NCBI RefSeq assembly: GCF_025526975.1
Contig: NW_026515683.1
Location: forward strand, 620,001-684,000
Length of the DNA: 64,000 nucleotides
Source of the DNA: Fimicolochytrium jonesii
Lineage: Eukaryota
Direction of reading: 5' to 3'
Shown here: positions 16,696-28,758 of the stretch, one piece after another
Layout: every line of letters starts with the position of its first letter
Position numbering within the stretch: the stretch's first letter is position 1
Program-made: the position numbers and the translations under genes
The notes under the pieces: generated by a model
What the model was told of the DNA's origin: nothing
Databases searched by the model: none
What the model saw: the letters and a program-made list of their open reading frames with translations, nothing else

Positions 16696-17865
16696 TCACC
16701 GCTTCTTCCCCAACCCCAGGCCCCCACCCGCCAGCCGCATAACCGCCGCCGACGGCCGCACCACCCTCTTCGCTGACCTGAACGTGACGCTAACCCTTGT
16801 CTCTTCTCTTGGCATTTTCACAATATTCCCATTCGTAGGATTACCCCCGACCTCCGTCTCATCCCAATTGGCGACATTATTCCCAGCGGCGAGATGTACG
16901 GTGTCGACATCAGTCTCGTCGATTCCGTGCAGATGCGACGTGTACGCCTCGTTTGTCATTACTAGCAGACTGTTCGGTGCCAACAGCAGTCTGCATGTCG
17001 GTTGCCGTTTCCCCCTATCCCCACCACCCTTCGGATAGAGATCCAAGATACATGACCCGCCCAGCGAGACGGTCGCAATTACCGGGTGGAAGGCAGGGCC
17101 GTCTTCGTGGGGCAAGATGCCTTGACCTGGGAGGTATTCGTTAACGAGGCAGTTGTTGGGTTTGTCCTCTTTGGAACCCCAGAGTCCCATCTCACCTGGA
17201 AAAGACGAAATGGATGAATGTGAGCCATGGGAGAGCGAACTGATGATGGATGACTGAAACGACACCACTGCTCGCTCCGCTCGCGACAGGGATGCTGGGC
17301 TGATGTGTGATCCGCATTCCTGCGTATCGCTTCGCTCGAACTCCGGCCCAGTAGGCCTCGCTAACGCTCGCCTTCTCCTCGCCATCGCTTTCCACGCATC
17401 ACCCTCCCTCTCAGTCAACAACTCACCCAATTTCTCCCTCACGCCATCAATGAGTTTGGGAAAATCATCCACAAAAACCGCCGGTTTGTCTCCCTCCCCA
17501 CCCACTCTCGCCCCGTAAGTCTGTAATCTGCGGTTTTTCAGCTTTGTCCATTTCGGTAATGGAGCGGTATTTATTTCATGTAAGAGTTGTGCTGCAGTTG
17601 GAAGAGTGGCATAGGAGAGCCGTGTTGGGTGCGTTGGGGAGTCTGAGTGTGCTGTGGGTATAAAGTTTGGTATGTAGTAGATAGTTGGAGGTGCGTTGGG
17701 TAGGTGGTAGGGTGCGAGGGTTGGGTATGGGAGCTGTTGTGTTGATATCGTCGGTGGAGGTGGTGGCAACAAGTCCTCCTCTGCTGCTCGTTTCGAGTTT
17801 CGTAGGTCTTCCGAGGCGATGGAAGAGTCTACCGTGTCTAGTGATACGTGTGCTGCCGAGAGCAT
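16696..17865 (-). CDS. ALKBH6: AlkB-family 2OG-Fe(II) dioxygenase, ALKBH6-like
   Basis: YYIPNFI, KWTKLKNRRLQ, LVNEYLPGQGILPHEDGP, HLHGI, RVSVTFR; intron 17196-17426 restores REKL|GEMGL. Confidence 0.88.
   Translation of the reverse strand: MLSAAHVSLDTVDSSIASEDLRNSKRAAEEDLLPPPPPTISTQQLPYPTLAPYHLPNAPPTIYYIPNFIPTAHSDSPTHPTRLSYATLPTAAQLLHEINTAPLPKWTKLKNRRLQTYGARVGGEGDKPAVFVDDFPKLIDGVREKLGELLTEREGDAWKAMARRRRALARPTGPEFERSDTQECGSHISPASLSRAERAVVSFQSSIISSLSHGSHSSISSFPGEMGLWGSKEDKPNNCLVNEYLPGQGILPHEDGPAFHPVIATVSLGGSCILDLYPKGGGDRGKRQPTCRLLLAPNSLLVMTNEAYTSHLHGIDETDVDTVHLAAGNNVANWDETEVGGNPTNGNIVKMPREETRVSVTFRSAKRVVRPSAAVMRLAGGGLGLGKKR
17196..17426 (-). repeat. ALKBH6 intron, member of shared intron-sequence family
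   Basis: Sense strand CAGGAATGCGGATCA...GCCCAGCATCCCTGTCGCGAGCGGAGCGAGCAG...TCGTTTCAGTCATCCATCA...CCATGGCTCA aligns by eye to the SDH1, AKR and RNR2 introns. Confidence 0.8.
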
Positions 17866-18358
17866 CTTGTCTTGGGAATGACTTGACTGGAAAGGACGAC
17901 CGACTTTCGGCACCCTGACCGACGAACAAGAGAAGGGAGGTGTGCTGGAAGCGTGGAGCGTATAGTAGATAGTGGAGTGATAGACGGCGGGAATATGGAG
18001 TTGTCCATGAGGCGAGGAACCGAGCGAACTAGAAGGGAAAAAAAGAACACCAGGAAAACGGAGGGGGAGATCTGACGCGTCACGAGAAACATGAGAACAC
18101 GGGGGCGGTAGGAGTCCACATGAGAACACCTTCCGGAAGAACTTTATGCAAATGGGGGAGCGAGTGCATCGGCGATAACCCTAACCGCATCCTTCTTCCC
18201 TCTCGCGGCTCATCAGAGAGAGAGACGGAGAGAGACCGCGTGAGAGAGACGAGGAAGAATTTCCCACGCCCTCTCGTTCGTTTGCACAAAGGCAAGCGCA
18301 TTTCGCTGATTCCCTCAACGACACAGGCAGCTGCACAAACATATACACACACGCAGTC

Positions 18359-21282
18359 ATGTTCCGTCTCGCTGCTAGGTCCGCTCACAAGCCTCTGGTA
18401 CGTATGCTCGTTCTGGCCGTGGTGGTTGTCGGCAGCTAGCTACCCCCCCACTTCGGGGCGCCCTCACCTTCACCCGGAATCTTCCGCGTGGGAAAATCGC
18501 CACGACAGCGGCAAGGGGCACACAGATTGGGTCTTACTCGCATACTAACGTACACTCTCTTCTCCTGCTCCCTCGCGCACACAGAGCAGGACACTTTCTC
18601 CAGGTACGAAAATTCCTGCCTTGTTTCTGTGTGGAATCCCTTCGATTATCCGCCAGCCCTCGATCAGGGGAATGGACCCAAAAGGGGTTCCTCATACGCC
18701 ATGGAAATACGTCTTTCACCATGTGGAGGGTCGCTGGAAGCATTGAGCTGTAGGCTCCAGAAATGCTTGACGTTTGAGGATCGCGCAGGAATGCGACAGC
18801 GAACAATAATGATTCGTCTCCCATTCTGTTCTCACGTTCTCTCCTACTTTATATCTAGCATGCACAAGGAGCTTCCATGCATCTTCGGCTGCTCGCAAAC
18901 TCGCCGGTTCCCAACCGCTGCGTGCAACCGCCGCTGACGTATGTTCCACTCTCTTCTCACTTGTCCCTCCCCTCCTCAAATAACAACCCTTTCTACCCCA
19001 ATTAGACCCCCCTATCAAGCGCCTACCCAATCATCGACCACACCTACGACGCCATCGTAGTTGGTGCAGGCGGCGCAGGTCTTCGTGCCGCTTTCGGTCT
19101 CGCAAAGGAGGGACTCAAGACCGCTTGCATTACTAAGTTGTTTCCTACGAGGAGTCATACCGTTGCGGCCCAAGGGGGGATCAATGCGGCGCTTGGGAAT
19201 ATGAGTGAGGATGATTGGAGATGGCATATGTATGATACCGTGAAGGGGAGTGATTGGTTGGGTGAGTATTCCTCGAGCGGAGAGAGTGCGAGCGAAGGGA
19301 GTCCAGTGTAATACCGAGCGATGCGAGCCTACTGTCATTCTGCACTCCCGCGCGGACCCTCTGTAATACGGAGCGGCAACGTGGATAAACGACAGTCAGT
19401 GCGAGCGAAGCGAGTTTCGCGCCAAAGGCCCAACGACTTGCACGTGATAACGAGCATACGCGGTCTTCATCCACCGCCCAACATCCTCGTCGCGAGCGGA
19501 GTGAGCAGGATATCGTTTCATCCATCAATCGTCATCAACTATTATCCAATCCGTCGACGCATCTTACTCACCAACACCCCTCTAACTACCCACAGGCGAC
19601 CAAGATGCGATCCACTACATGTGTCGCGAAGCCCCTCAGAGCGTGATCGAGCTAGAGCACTACGGCGTGCCCTTCTCGCGTACGGAGGAGGGCAAGATCT
19701 ACCAGCGCGCGTTCGGCGGACAGAGCTTGAAATTTGGTAAAGGCGGGCAGGCGCACCGATGTGCTGCTGTCGCCGATCGTACGGGACACTCGATCCTCCA
19801 CACGCTCTATGGACAGTCGTTGCGGTATGATACGACTTATTTCATTGAGTACTTTGCGTTGGATTTGATCATGGAGAATGGTGAGTCGAGGGAGTCGCAT
19901 CAGGCAGAAGATCCTTGTATTCTTACCAAATCGCTCTCTCCTCTCCCATCACAGGTGAATGCCGAGGTGTCATTGCTCTCTGCATGGAGGACGGCACGTT
20001 GCACCGTTTCCGCGCCCACCAGACCGTGCTGGCCACCGGTGGTTACGGACGTGCCTACTTCTCCTGCACGTCTGCCCACACTTGCACTGGTGACGGAAAC
20101 GCCATGGTGACCCGTGCCGGCCTGCCTCTGCAGGACTTGGAGTTTGTACAATTCCACCCTACCGGTATCTACGGAGCAGGTTGTTTGATCACCGAAGGTT
20201 CCCGTGGAGAGGGAGGTTACCTGCTCAATTCCGAGGGTGAGCGTTTCATGGAGCGTTACGCACCCACGGCAAAGGACCTCGCTTCCCGCGACGTCGTCAG
20301 TCGATCCATGACGGTCGAGATCCGCGAGGGCCGCGGTGTGGGACCCGAGAAGGACCACATCTACCTGCAGCTCAGCCACTTGCCCAAGGAAGTCCTTGCC
20401 GAGCGTCTGCCCGGTATCTCCGAGACGGCCGCGATCTTCGCCGGTGTCGACGTGACCAAGGAGCCCATCCCCGTCCTACCCACCGTCCACTACAACATGG
20501 GCGGTATCCCTACTAACTACATCGGCCAGGTCATCGACCCCAAGGACGGCAAAGACAACATCGTCCCCGGCCTCTACGCCGCGGGCGAAGCCGCCTGCGT
20601 GTCCGTGCACGGCGCCAACCGTCTCGGGGCCAACTCCCTGCTCGACATTGTCGTGTTTGGCCGTGCGTGCGCCCTGCACATTGCCGAGAACCTGAAACCC
20701 AACACGCCGCACCGCCCGCTGCCCAAGGACGCTGGGGCCGAGACGATTGCGAACCTCGACCGCGTGCGATATGCGAACGGGGCTAACCCGACTTCCGCGG
20801 TGCGTTTGCAGATGCAGAAGGTGATGCAGAGCGATGCGGCTGTTTTCAGGACGCAGAGTTCGTTGGAGGAGGGTGTGAAGAGGATCGATGAGGTTGCCTT
20901 GAAGCTGAATGATCTCAAAACCACCGACCGTGGTCTCATCTGGTATGTCCCCATTCCATTCACATAAAAGTTCCCCTATCCGATTTAACATTTCGTACGT
21001 ATTGTGCACAGGAACACGGACCTCATCGAAACGCTCGAACTCCAAAACCTCATGGCCAACGCCACACAAACCATGTACTCTGCGGAAGCACGCAAAGAGT
21101 CCCGTGGGGCGCACGCGCGCGAGGATTTCACGGAGCGCGACGACAAGGAGTGGATGAAGCATACGCTGTCGTGGTGGGACCACAAGACCCATAAGACGCG
21201 GTTGGCGTATCGGAAGACGATCACGCATACGTTGGATGAGAATGAGGTTAAGCCTGTGCCGCCTGTTAAGCGGGTGTACTAG
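18359..21282 (+). CDS. SDH1: Mitochondrial succinate dehydrogenase flavoprotein subunit
   Basis: Spliced presequence [46 protein letters not shown] (covalent FAD His), [31 protein letters not shown]. Confidence 0.98.
19262..19595 (+). repeat. SDH1 intron (334 nt), member of shared intron-sequence family with at least 5 CGAGCG-NN-G(C/A/G/T)GAG motifs
   Basis: GCCCAACATCCTCGTCGCGAGCGGAGTGAGCAGGATATCGTTTCATCCATCAA matches the ALKBH6 and AKR introns. Confidence 0.8.
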
Positions 21283-23956
21283 ATTGCGTACTGTCCTTCT
21301 TTCCGCCCCACATTCTTCTGTACGGTTTGAAACGTTTGCTTTGTGAAACGTTGGGGGGGGGGGGGGGGTATTCCTCGTTCCTTTTCCACCTCTTTGATGC
21401 GAATAAAATGAGTGCATGATACAATTGAGACCAGTGGTTACCCACATGGGATAGAAGCACGTTTTGCATGGACAGGAAGGCCCAGCTGCAGGAGGTTTTG
21501 TACGGTAGATTGTGCCTACATGGGATGGATGGAGGGCGTGGTGTGTGTGCGCGTTCGCCTGAATGCCGTGCTGCTCGTGCTGCGTCTGGCGCGTCTATCT
21601 GGGCGCTACCAAGCCGTATCTCGCTCTCCAAGAGTATCTCGTTGGCCTTGTCCCACACCTGGCGCGCAGCCGCCTCAGCTTTGCCGGAGTTGTTTTTTGG
21701 GCGTTTAGAAGCTTTTTCAGTCGCTCTCAAAACGCGAAGCAGAGCACGGGACTTTTGGAAGCGGGTCATTTTTGTCCCTTGTTGGGCGTCAAGGTCATCG
21801 TTGACAGTGGATGCGACCTCGCGCCCAGGGCTTGATCCCAGGAATGTGATGGGGCTCTTCGGTTCCCTCCCCCAGCACCGGGCGACGATAACCTTCAGAA
21901 AGGGTCGATGGGTGTCGTCCATGGCTCCAGTCTCGTCGACGGAAAGGCGTCAAGCCCGTCCGCACACCCTCGGGAAAGGATTGGCGCCGTCGGTAAAAGT
22001 CAGAGAAACTCGCAAAGGGGGCTTTCAATGCTGCTGCGTGAAAGCGTTTTTCGTTCAGTGCCTGCGGACGGAAGTCGCCGAGAGTTGTCCGGAAACGGGC
22101 TTCCAACGGTACAGTGGTTGGGGATTTGCTTTTGTAGACGGGTGGTGAACGGGAACTGTTGGGGGCTCATGGGCGCATTGTCATGGTCCAGCGCGCTGTT
22201 GGAAGACGGCTAGCCTGACCGCTCGCTCTCCGAAACCCTTCAGCTCCATCTCGCTGTTCGCGCCGGTTGGGCTCGTCTCCCGGTTGATGGCGCTGGGGCA
22301 ACCGTTCCTCCTCCAATTGCGAAAGGATAGCACTTGATAGCGATTCTTGTTGAGTATCCGCTTGCGCATCGCTGCTGATGGCGGCTTTCCAAAGGACTTT
22401 CCGACGCTCTCCCATGCTTCATCCAGGGTCGCTGCGCCCAGCATATACACCCCTTGGGTTCGTCGACATCGAAACCCTGTTCACCCGTTGGGTAGGATGG
22501 TGTTGTCACCGGTAATTAGCTTTCATACTGGACAGAGTTGCTCGCAGTGTCCTTGTTGGATATCACCATTGGGGTTCCGAATAGACTTTTGGCTTCACGG
22601 GTCTTCTTTCAGACGGGGCGTGGTCCTTGTCGCGAGGCTTTTTGGTTCGTGCGCTGATTGCGTTGCTTGTTGCGGCTGGCACGGGGCTGAGCCTCCGCTG
22701 CATCGCATGCTTGCTTTCGCGGGGGCGCTTGGTCTTCATCGACTTTTGCCTTCATCGTCGATCCGGCGGCCTTTCTCGTCGCGCGCGGTTCGCCCGTTTT
22801 CGTCCAACTGTTGACAGAGAAAAGTGTACCGTTAGTTACAATGAACGGAGACAGCATGGGAAGACGTCCGGGGGACAGTAGTGTGTCGTTACGATGTAGC
22901 TGCGGAGCACACTATACCTCGTTTCCGTAACTCGTCGATAGCCCACGTTGTTCTCATCAACCAACTCGCGCGTTCTCGTTCACAGACTGGGCCTTCATCG
23001 TTTGAACTCGTTTCCAAACTGATCAACCGCCTTCTCCAAACTCCGTTAACGAGGGAGGTCCCCGGCGCACACCGCGCATCTCTCTTGAACAGCCGCGCGA
23101 GAAACCGATCGGTTGAACAAGCGCGCCCAAGGAGGATCGCTTCGTCTTTCCTCCACAGGCAGCTGCCGGATGCTGCCGCTGCTGTGGCGAGTGCCTTTTT
23201 CTGTTTTGCGGTACGGGCCTGGGTTTTGCCCGTCAAAGCCTTTTACCGTGTCGTCAAGGCTGGAACCGGGTCTTGCAAGACATTTGCCTTCTTTTCGTTG
23301 CCCCGAAGGTCTGTCACGGCTGCCTTGACTCGCTTGCGCAAGTGGGTCGCTTCTAAGGCCCGTGCGGGGTCCTTTGCTGTCGTATACATCTTTGAGTTTT
23401 TCGATCATTCGCCCCTCATCTGCTGCCTAAGCATCGGGCCCCCCAACACTTTCCAGTTCCGGGACGATCTTCAACGCCTTGCACGATGGCGTCAAACACG
23501 GTGCTAATGTTATCGACGGAGTTGGCCCATCTTGTCACTGATTTTCTCCAGGTAGTAATCCAGTCCCAATGCCCAATCCCGCGTAAGAACGAAGACTTGT
23601 GGATTCCAGACCCTAGGCGGCATCGGCCCGGGGGGTTTTTTTTCATGCCCAAAGAGGGACTCCCGTTCGATACTCGCATAGCGGTGGCTGATTACCATGT
23701 TTTGGCAGGTCCTAAATCGCTCATGCAAGACCGTGTGAGAAGAAGCGCAATCATTGTGGACGCGATGCGGATTTCATCTGGTGTCCTTCCATCTTACCAC
23801 CATCTTCTTCTCCAAGGTGAAACAGCCGCCGGAGGCGCGTTTTCGTCGCTCGAATAGAACACCGACATGAGGGGGGGGAAAAGGAATGTGTAAGAGGAAT
23901 GAGACACGATTGAAGTGAGAGAGCACCAAACAAACAAACGGTCAGGTGAAGCAAGG

Positions 23957-24383
23957 GAAGGTATTGGAACACTGGCGCAGGTGACTGAAGGTTGCTTGCA
24001 CATGCTGTCTGTGCAAGCCGGCTCCAAGCCGGCCACGTCCAATGTCCGCTTTTCGCTGGAGGCTTGCGCCCTTCCAAACGCCATACACATGGAGCACTAT
24101 GACCCAAACCTTAATAAAGGGATTACCGGGCTTCGCACAACACCAAACTATTTTGGTACCCTTGTTGACGCGCCCCTGCATACGCATGGATAAGGATGAA
24201 GGTATGGAAAGACTGGCGCAGGTGACTTGAAGGTTGCTTGCACACGCTGTGCAAGCCGGCTCCAAGCCGGCCACGTCCAATGTCATCTTATCGTTGTCGG
24301 GGCTTCCCCCCTCTCAACGCCATACACATCAAGCACTATGACCCAAACCTTAACAAAGGAATTACCGGGCTTCGCACAACGCC
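23957..24383. repeat. Diverged tandem duplication (~186-bp units at ~23957-24144 and ~24198-24383, period ~241 bp)
   Basis: Shared ACTGGCGCAGGTGAC, GCAAGCCGGCTCCAAGCCGGCCACGTCCAATGTC and AGCACTATGACCCAAACCTTAA...ATTACCGGGCTTCGCACAAC. Confidence 0.9.
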
Positions 24384-24845
24384 GCTGTCTTTGGGTACAG
24401 CGGCACCCTCATCGCGAAATGCACGAAGCGTCAAGACCCTCAGGTAGTGAAGCGCGACTTACCAGCGATCTGTCAAGTTCTCGTTTCCGATCCATTGGTT
24501 GGTGCGAGATGTCACACTGGCCAATGACGTTTCAAGTTGTATAGGTAGCCGCTCTCCGCTGACTTGTGCAAATTCGACCAGCTTATGAGCTGAGCGTGGT
24601 GCCACTGGCCCCGATGGAGCTGCAGCAGCTGCGTGTTGCCGGGTGGGGACGAGTGGGAAGAGTGAGTGAGGTCTGGGAATAATGGGCCGTTTGGGGCCGG
24701 TTGTGAGTGAGACGGGACGATTACGTTCCCCGCAGCCGCCCACCGAACGCGTGCGCGACGCTTTGAAGTTTGCACGTCCGTCAGTCAGTACCCTTTCTGA
24801 TAAACGTACACCCGCAACACAGGCGTTGCTGATGCGGATGTTACC

Positions 24846-26009
24846 TTGCTTGCAGGGCACGAAACACACCATCGAATCGGACATGTTGTTCTACAGCATT
24901 GCAGAGCTACGTATACAATCCCCAACCCGGTCGTAGACGGCGACACTCCACACAAGCCCAAAATGCCATCCCTTGATATCGAAAACATGCGATCCAATGT
25001 CTTGCTTGCGTTGTCCCATCGCAACGAAAAGGACCTGCCAGCATCCGTATTCGCCGAGTTTATTCACAATCAAACTCAGCAACAAAAGGTTGCTAGTCTC
25101 AAAGCTTTCCCTCATACCTATGAAGCCTTGAAAAGTGCTATACAGCAACAGGACTACAGCAGCTGGCCCGGCCATGTTTGGGCTCACAATCTCCCGCCAT
25201 CTGCGGGCCCACAGGAACTTGCGCTTTGGCAGGTGTTTCGATACGCGCTTACGGATTTGCACCAGAAACTGGATGTACCGCACAGTAACTCAACCACGAA
25301 TGAACGAACAGAGTGGATCAGACGGGTCATACCGTTCCTCGAAGCGGTGCACTGCAATACCACACTGCTGCGTATCGTTTGGTGCGAGTATCCCGCCTGG
25401 GGTTCACAGGCCGCATTGTTAAGTGAAAGGAACTATCAAGCTAAACGGCCAAAAATGTGGGTTGGCATGGGTCTGGACCCGGGCTCCAATTCTGAATTGA
25501 TGATTATGGAAGTAAGTGCTGGTTGCGTGGCAGTGTTCAGTTTCTCAATACTTAGGCAACATTCTTCTCAGGCTAGCTCAAACTCGAGAACGAAGGAAAA
25601 TGCCACGCATTCAATTGACGACTCTGCCAAAATCATCGAGCTATGTACGAATGCTCTAAAGCTTGAACTACTGAAGCACAAAGAAGCGGCGTACACAACA
25701 GTGAATAAGAAGTGCGTACTCGGATTCCACTTTATTGTGGATAGGATAACGTTAACAATGACCACACTGGAGGATCGGCGATGGAAAGTAGTGCAACTAC
25801 GCAGTGCTGAGATTCCGATGAGGTGGCGCGAACGGAGCAAGGTGCTCCAGGTATGCGAATTGGTGGCTGCAGCATATTCAACGCTGCTAGAGCAGCAGGA
25901 GCTTATGGAACGCATTTGCGAAGAGGAGAGCGGTGCAATTGAAGTGCCAGAGGAGGAAAGAGCACGCCAGGTCCTCAAAAAACTGTCAATCACCGCCTGC
26001 GAACCATGA
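24846..26009 (+). CDS. PD-(D/E)xK-like (REase-fold) domain protein, paralog of 191-2285; 5' exons uncertain
   Basis: NERTEWIRRVIPF...WCEY...ELMIME|ASS...HSIDDSAK...HFIVDRITL...QLRSAEIP; intron 25512-25571. Confidence 0.65.
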   Translation: MLAGHETHHRIGHVVLQHCRATYTIPNPVVDGDTPHKPKMPSLDIENMRSNVLLALSHRNEKDLPASVFAEFIHNQTQQQKVASLKAFPHTYEALKSAIQQQDYSSWPGHVWAHNLPPSAGPQELALWQVFRYALTDLHQKLDVPHSNSTTNERTEWIRRVIPFLEAVHCNTTLLRIVWCEYPAWGSQAALLSERNYQAKRPKMWVGMGLDPGSNSELMIMEVSAGCVAVFSFSILRQHSSQASSNSRTKENATHSIDDSAKIIELCTNALKLELLKHKEAAYTTVNKKCVLGFHFIVDRITLTMTTLEDRRWKVVQLRSAEIPMRWRERSKVLQVCELVAAAYSTLLEQQELMERICEEESGAIEVPEEERARQVLKKLSITACEP

Positions 26010-27713
26010 ATGCGAAGGGTACGGAATCATCATAATACATCACCTACACACCGGCCTGCTTCTTGGCATGCTTCACTCGCGCAACATCTCCCGCTCGCCC
26101 GTCGACATTCCGGCCATCACATCCTGTCCTCATGCCCCTATCCCACTTAGTCAACAAATTTGACGGATAAGCTCGTACTACCGAAATTTTCTGAACGTTG
26201 CTGAGCGATTAAATGCCGTCGGAGAAGATTGTGAGCCTCGTGAAGGGGGAGGCGTTTTGGCAAGTGACTGTGATATAAAGAAGCGTAGATTCACGGCGTT
26301 GGGCTAGTAGCAGGTTTTGTTGCGTAATATGGAGCGGCCTGAACGTGCTTCGCAGCGCAATTTGTATCAAAATATATGGCGGGTCACAGAGGCCATCATA
26401 AGTAACATTGGGATCAGGGTGAGGTCAGAGGTCCACGGAACCCAGCGGGAAAATCAAAGCGATTGAATTTATGTGTACATTCCGTACCAATTGGATCTGA
26501 AGGGCATTAAGGTACGATGTTGCCCAGGATGAAAAGATTCCCCTCGAATTAGGTATGAGGAACATATAAGAGGAGCTGTACGGCACTTAAGGACATCAAC
26601 AGCGTACGGAGCGTGCGATAATTTCAAAGTACGTCGAAGAAGCCTGTTCCGGTCGAAAGCTCGGAGACGAGACACGACCTGTCGTCTTTCGAATGGAAGG
26701 AGCCCAACTAGAAGTTAACACCGGAGGCACAATGGATGACTTCCTCTATCGGCATATCTCACATCCGACCGCATGTACTTAACGGACGCAACAAGGGATT
26801 GTCGCATATGAAATCGACACCGGCCAAATCTTATCACGATTTGACCTAGGCTCGATGGGCTATGGTATGTGGCCCAACTTTATTGTGCAAGGGACTTCGC
26901 TTCATCTACCAGGGTGATGATTTCTGACATCGTGTCCTCGTCGACCATCCAATTCGCTGCCCTGGCAGACGAGGACCCTTCTCCCACGTTTGAAACCGAG
27001 AATTCGACCAACGCAGAAGATCAGAAGGGATGTCCAGACGTTGTTGAGCGTGCCTCCGCAACAACGAAAGAAGGCTTGGGGCCATCGAGTAACCAAGCCC
27101 ATGTTTCTACAGTGGAGGAAGCCCCGATACTGCAAGATAACCCGACGGAAATGACCAACACGTTCTATGTCGAGATGATCAGGGCAAATTGGGATGGGTA
27201 GTTTCATTTGGAAGCTAGTATTGGGAGGCGACAATTAGAAAGAGTGGCAATGGCCGGTGTTGAGCTTCAAACCCTAGGGACGGACTCGCAGTGTGCTTAG
27301 TGCACACATACATCCAGTGTTTATGATCCAGATTTCTTCATGTACAATTATGTGACTGTCGTCAGTCCCGATGGTGGCGTCCGAATCGTTTAGCATCCGG
27401 GGAATATTTTCCCCCCAACGGAAGGGCACAATGCCAAATCGTTGGGAAGCAAGTTGTGGTTGAGTGGTTTAGTGGGCTACATGGATCAATGAAGGCACAG
27501 GTCATCGCTAGTGTGTCTGGCTCCGTCTGCAAAGCGGTGAGAATCCGTGGGGTGTGCGCGTCTATTATCTGGGCGCCATCCCAACTCATCCACCGCCGCC
27601 CCCCCCCCCCCCCCCCAACCCACATATAAACCCCATCGACCGACCAGCACCTACCTCTCGCTCAAGACACCCTACGCTACACTCGCAAAACCCCCTCTCG
27701 AGTGGCCCCCAAC

Positions 27714-28758
27714 ATGGAAGCACGAACGTTCGAGTATAAGATCGCCGACGGCGCCCCCATCTTGGCGGACGTGCACTGGAAGGCGAAGGACAGCAGTGAC
27801 AATATTGAGGAACCGGTGAATGGTCGCCCGGTCGCTGTGGTGTTCCACCAAGGTACGGAATAAGAAGGGACGACGTATCCTCTAGCGCAGGTTTCAGGGC
27901 GATGCAGAATTCAAACCCCGCTTTCGGTCCCCTTCCCCAGGCGGCTTCATCCTAGGCTCCAAGAACCTGATCCCCAAAGCACAAATCCGCTCGCTCACAA
28001 ACCTCGGCTTCGTGGTCGTGGTCGCCAATTACCGCCTCTGCCCACAGGTCAGCGTCTACGACGGCCCGTTCGAAGACGCCAAAGACGCGCTTGAATGGAT
28101 TCGAAACGACGTCAACCGCCTGCTTTCTGAGAACTCGGAGCGAGCACCCACAGTCGACCCCACCCGCGTGGTCTCGATCGGCTACTCCGCCGGCGGCACC
28201 CTCGCCCTCCTCCTCGGTACCCTCGCGCACCCCGTCCGTGCCGTGCTCGATTTCTACGGCGGGAAAGTGTTCACCGACCCCTCCTGGACCCAACCCCTCC
28301 CCGGGTTCCTCAAACGCCCCCCACCCGACGAAGCCTACGCCAAGAAGGTGTTTGCCGAACCCACCATCTCGGCTACCGAGGTGATCCCGGGGAGCACGGC
28401 GCCGCCCACCCCGCGCGCCAGCTGGATGACGCTTACGGCCCAGCGAGGCACGTGGTTGCGTGAGGTGGTCAAGGACGGGAAGTATGACCGGGTCGACCCT
28501 GTCGCGTTGGCCACTGCGGCGGCGGCGGAGGGCAAGACGTTCCCACCCACGTTCATCATCCACGGCACCGCGGACGAATACCTCCCGTACCATCTGAGCG
28601 TGATCGCGAAAGAGAAGTTAGAGGCGCTGGGAGTCGATGTGACGTTGGTGCCTGTGGAGGGCAAAGATCATCTGTTTGATTTGGTGCTGACGGAGGAGGA
28701 TGAGTTGTATAGGGAGACGATCGCGAAGGGGTTTGAGTTCCTTGCTAAGCGGGTGTAG
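27714..28758 (+). CDS. Alpha/beta hydrolase (HSL-like esterase/lipase)
   Basis: FHQG|GFILGS oxyanion motif across intron 27853-27940, NYRLCP, GYSAG nucleophile, HGTAD, DHLFD. Confidence 0.9.

Noticed and set aside
21450..23850. Possible degraded non-LTR retrotransposon on the minus strand
   Set aside because: Basic, stop-riddled frames, but no RT or endonuclease motif, poly(A) tail or TSD recognised.
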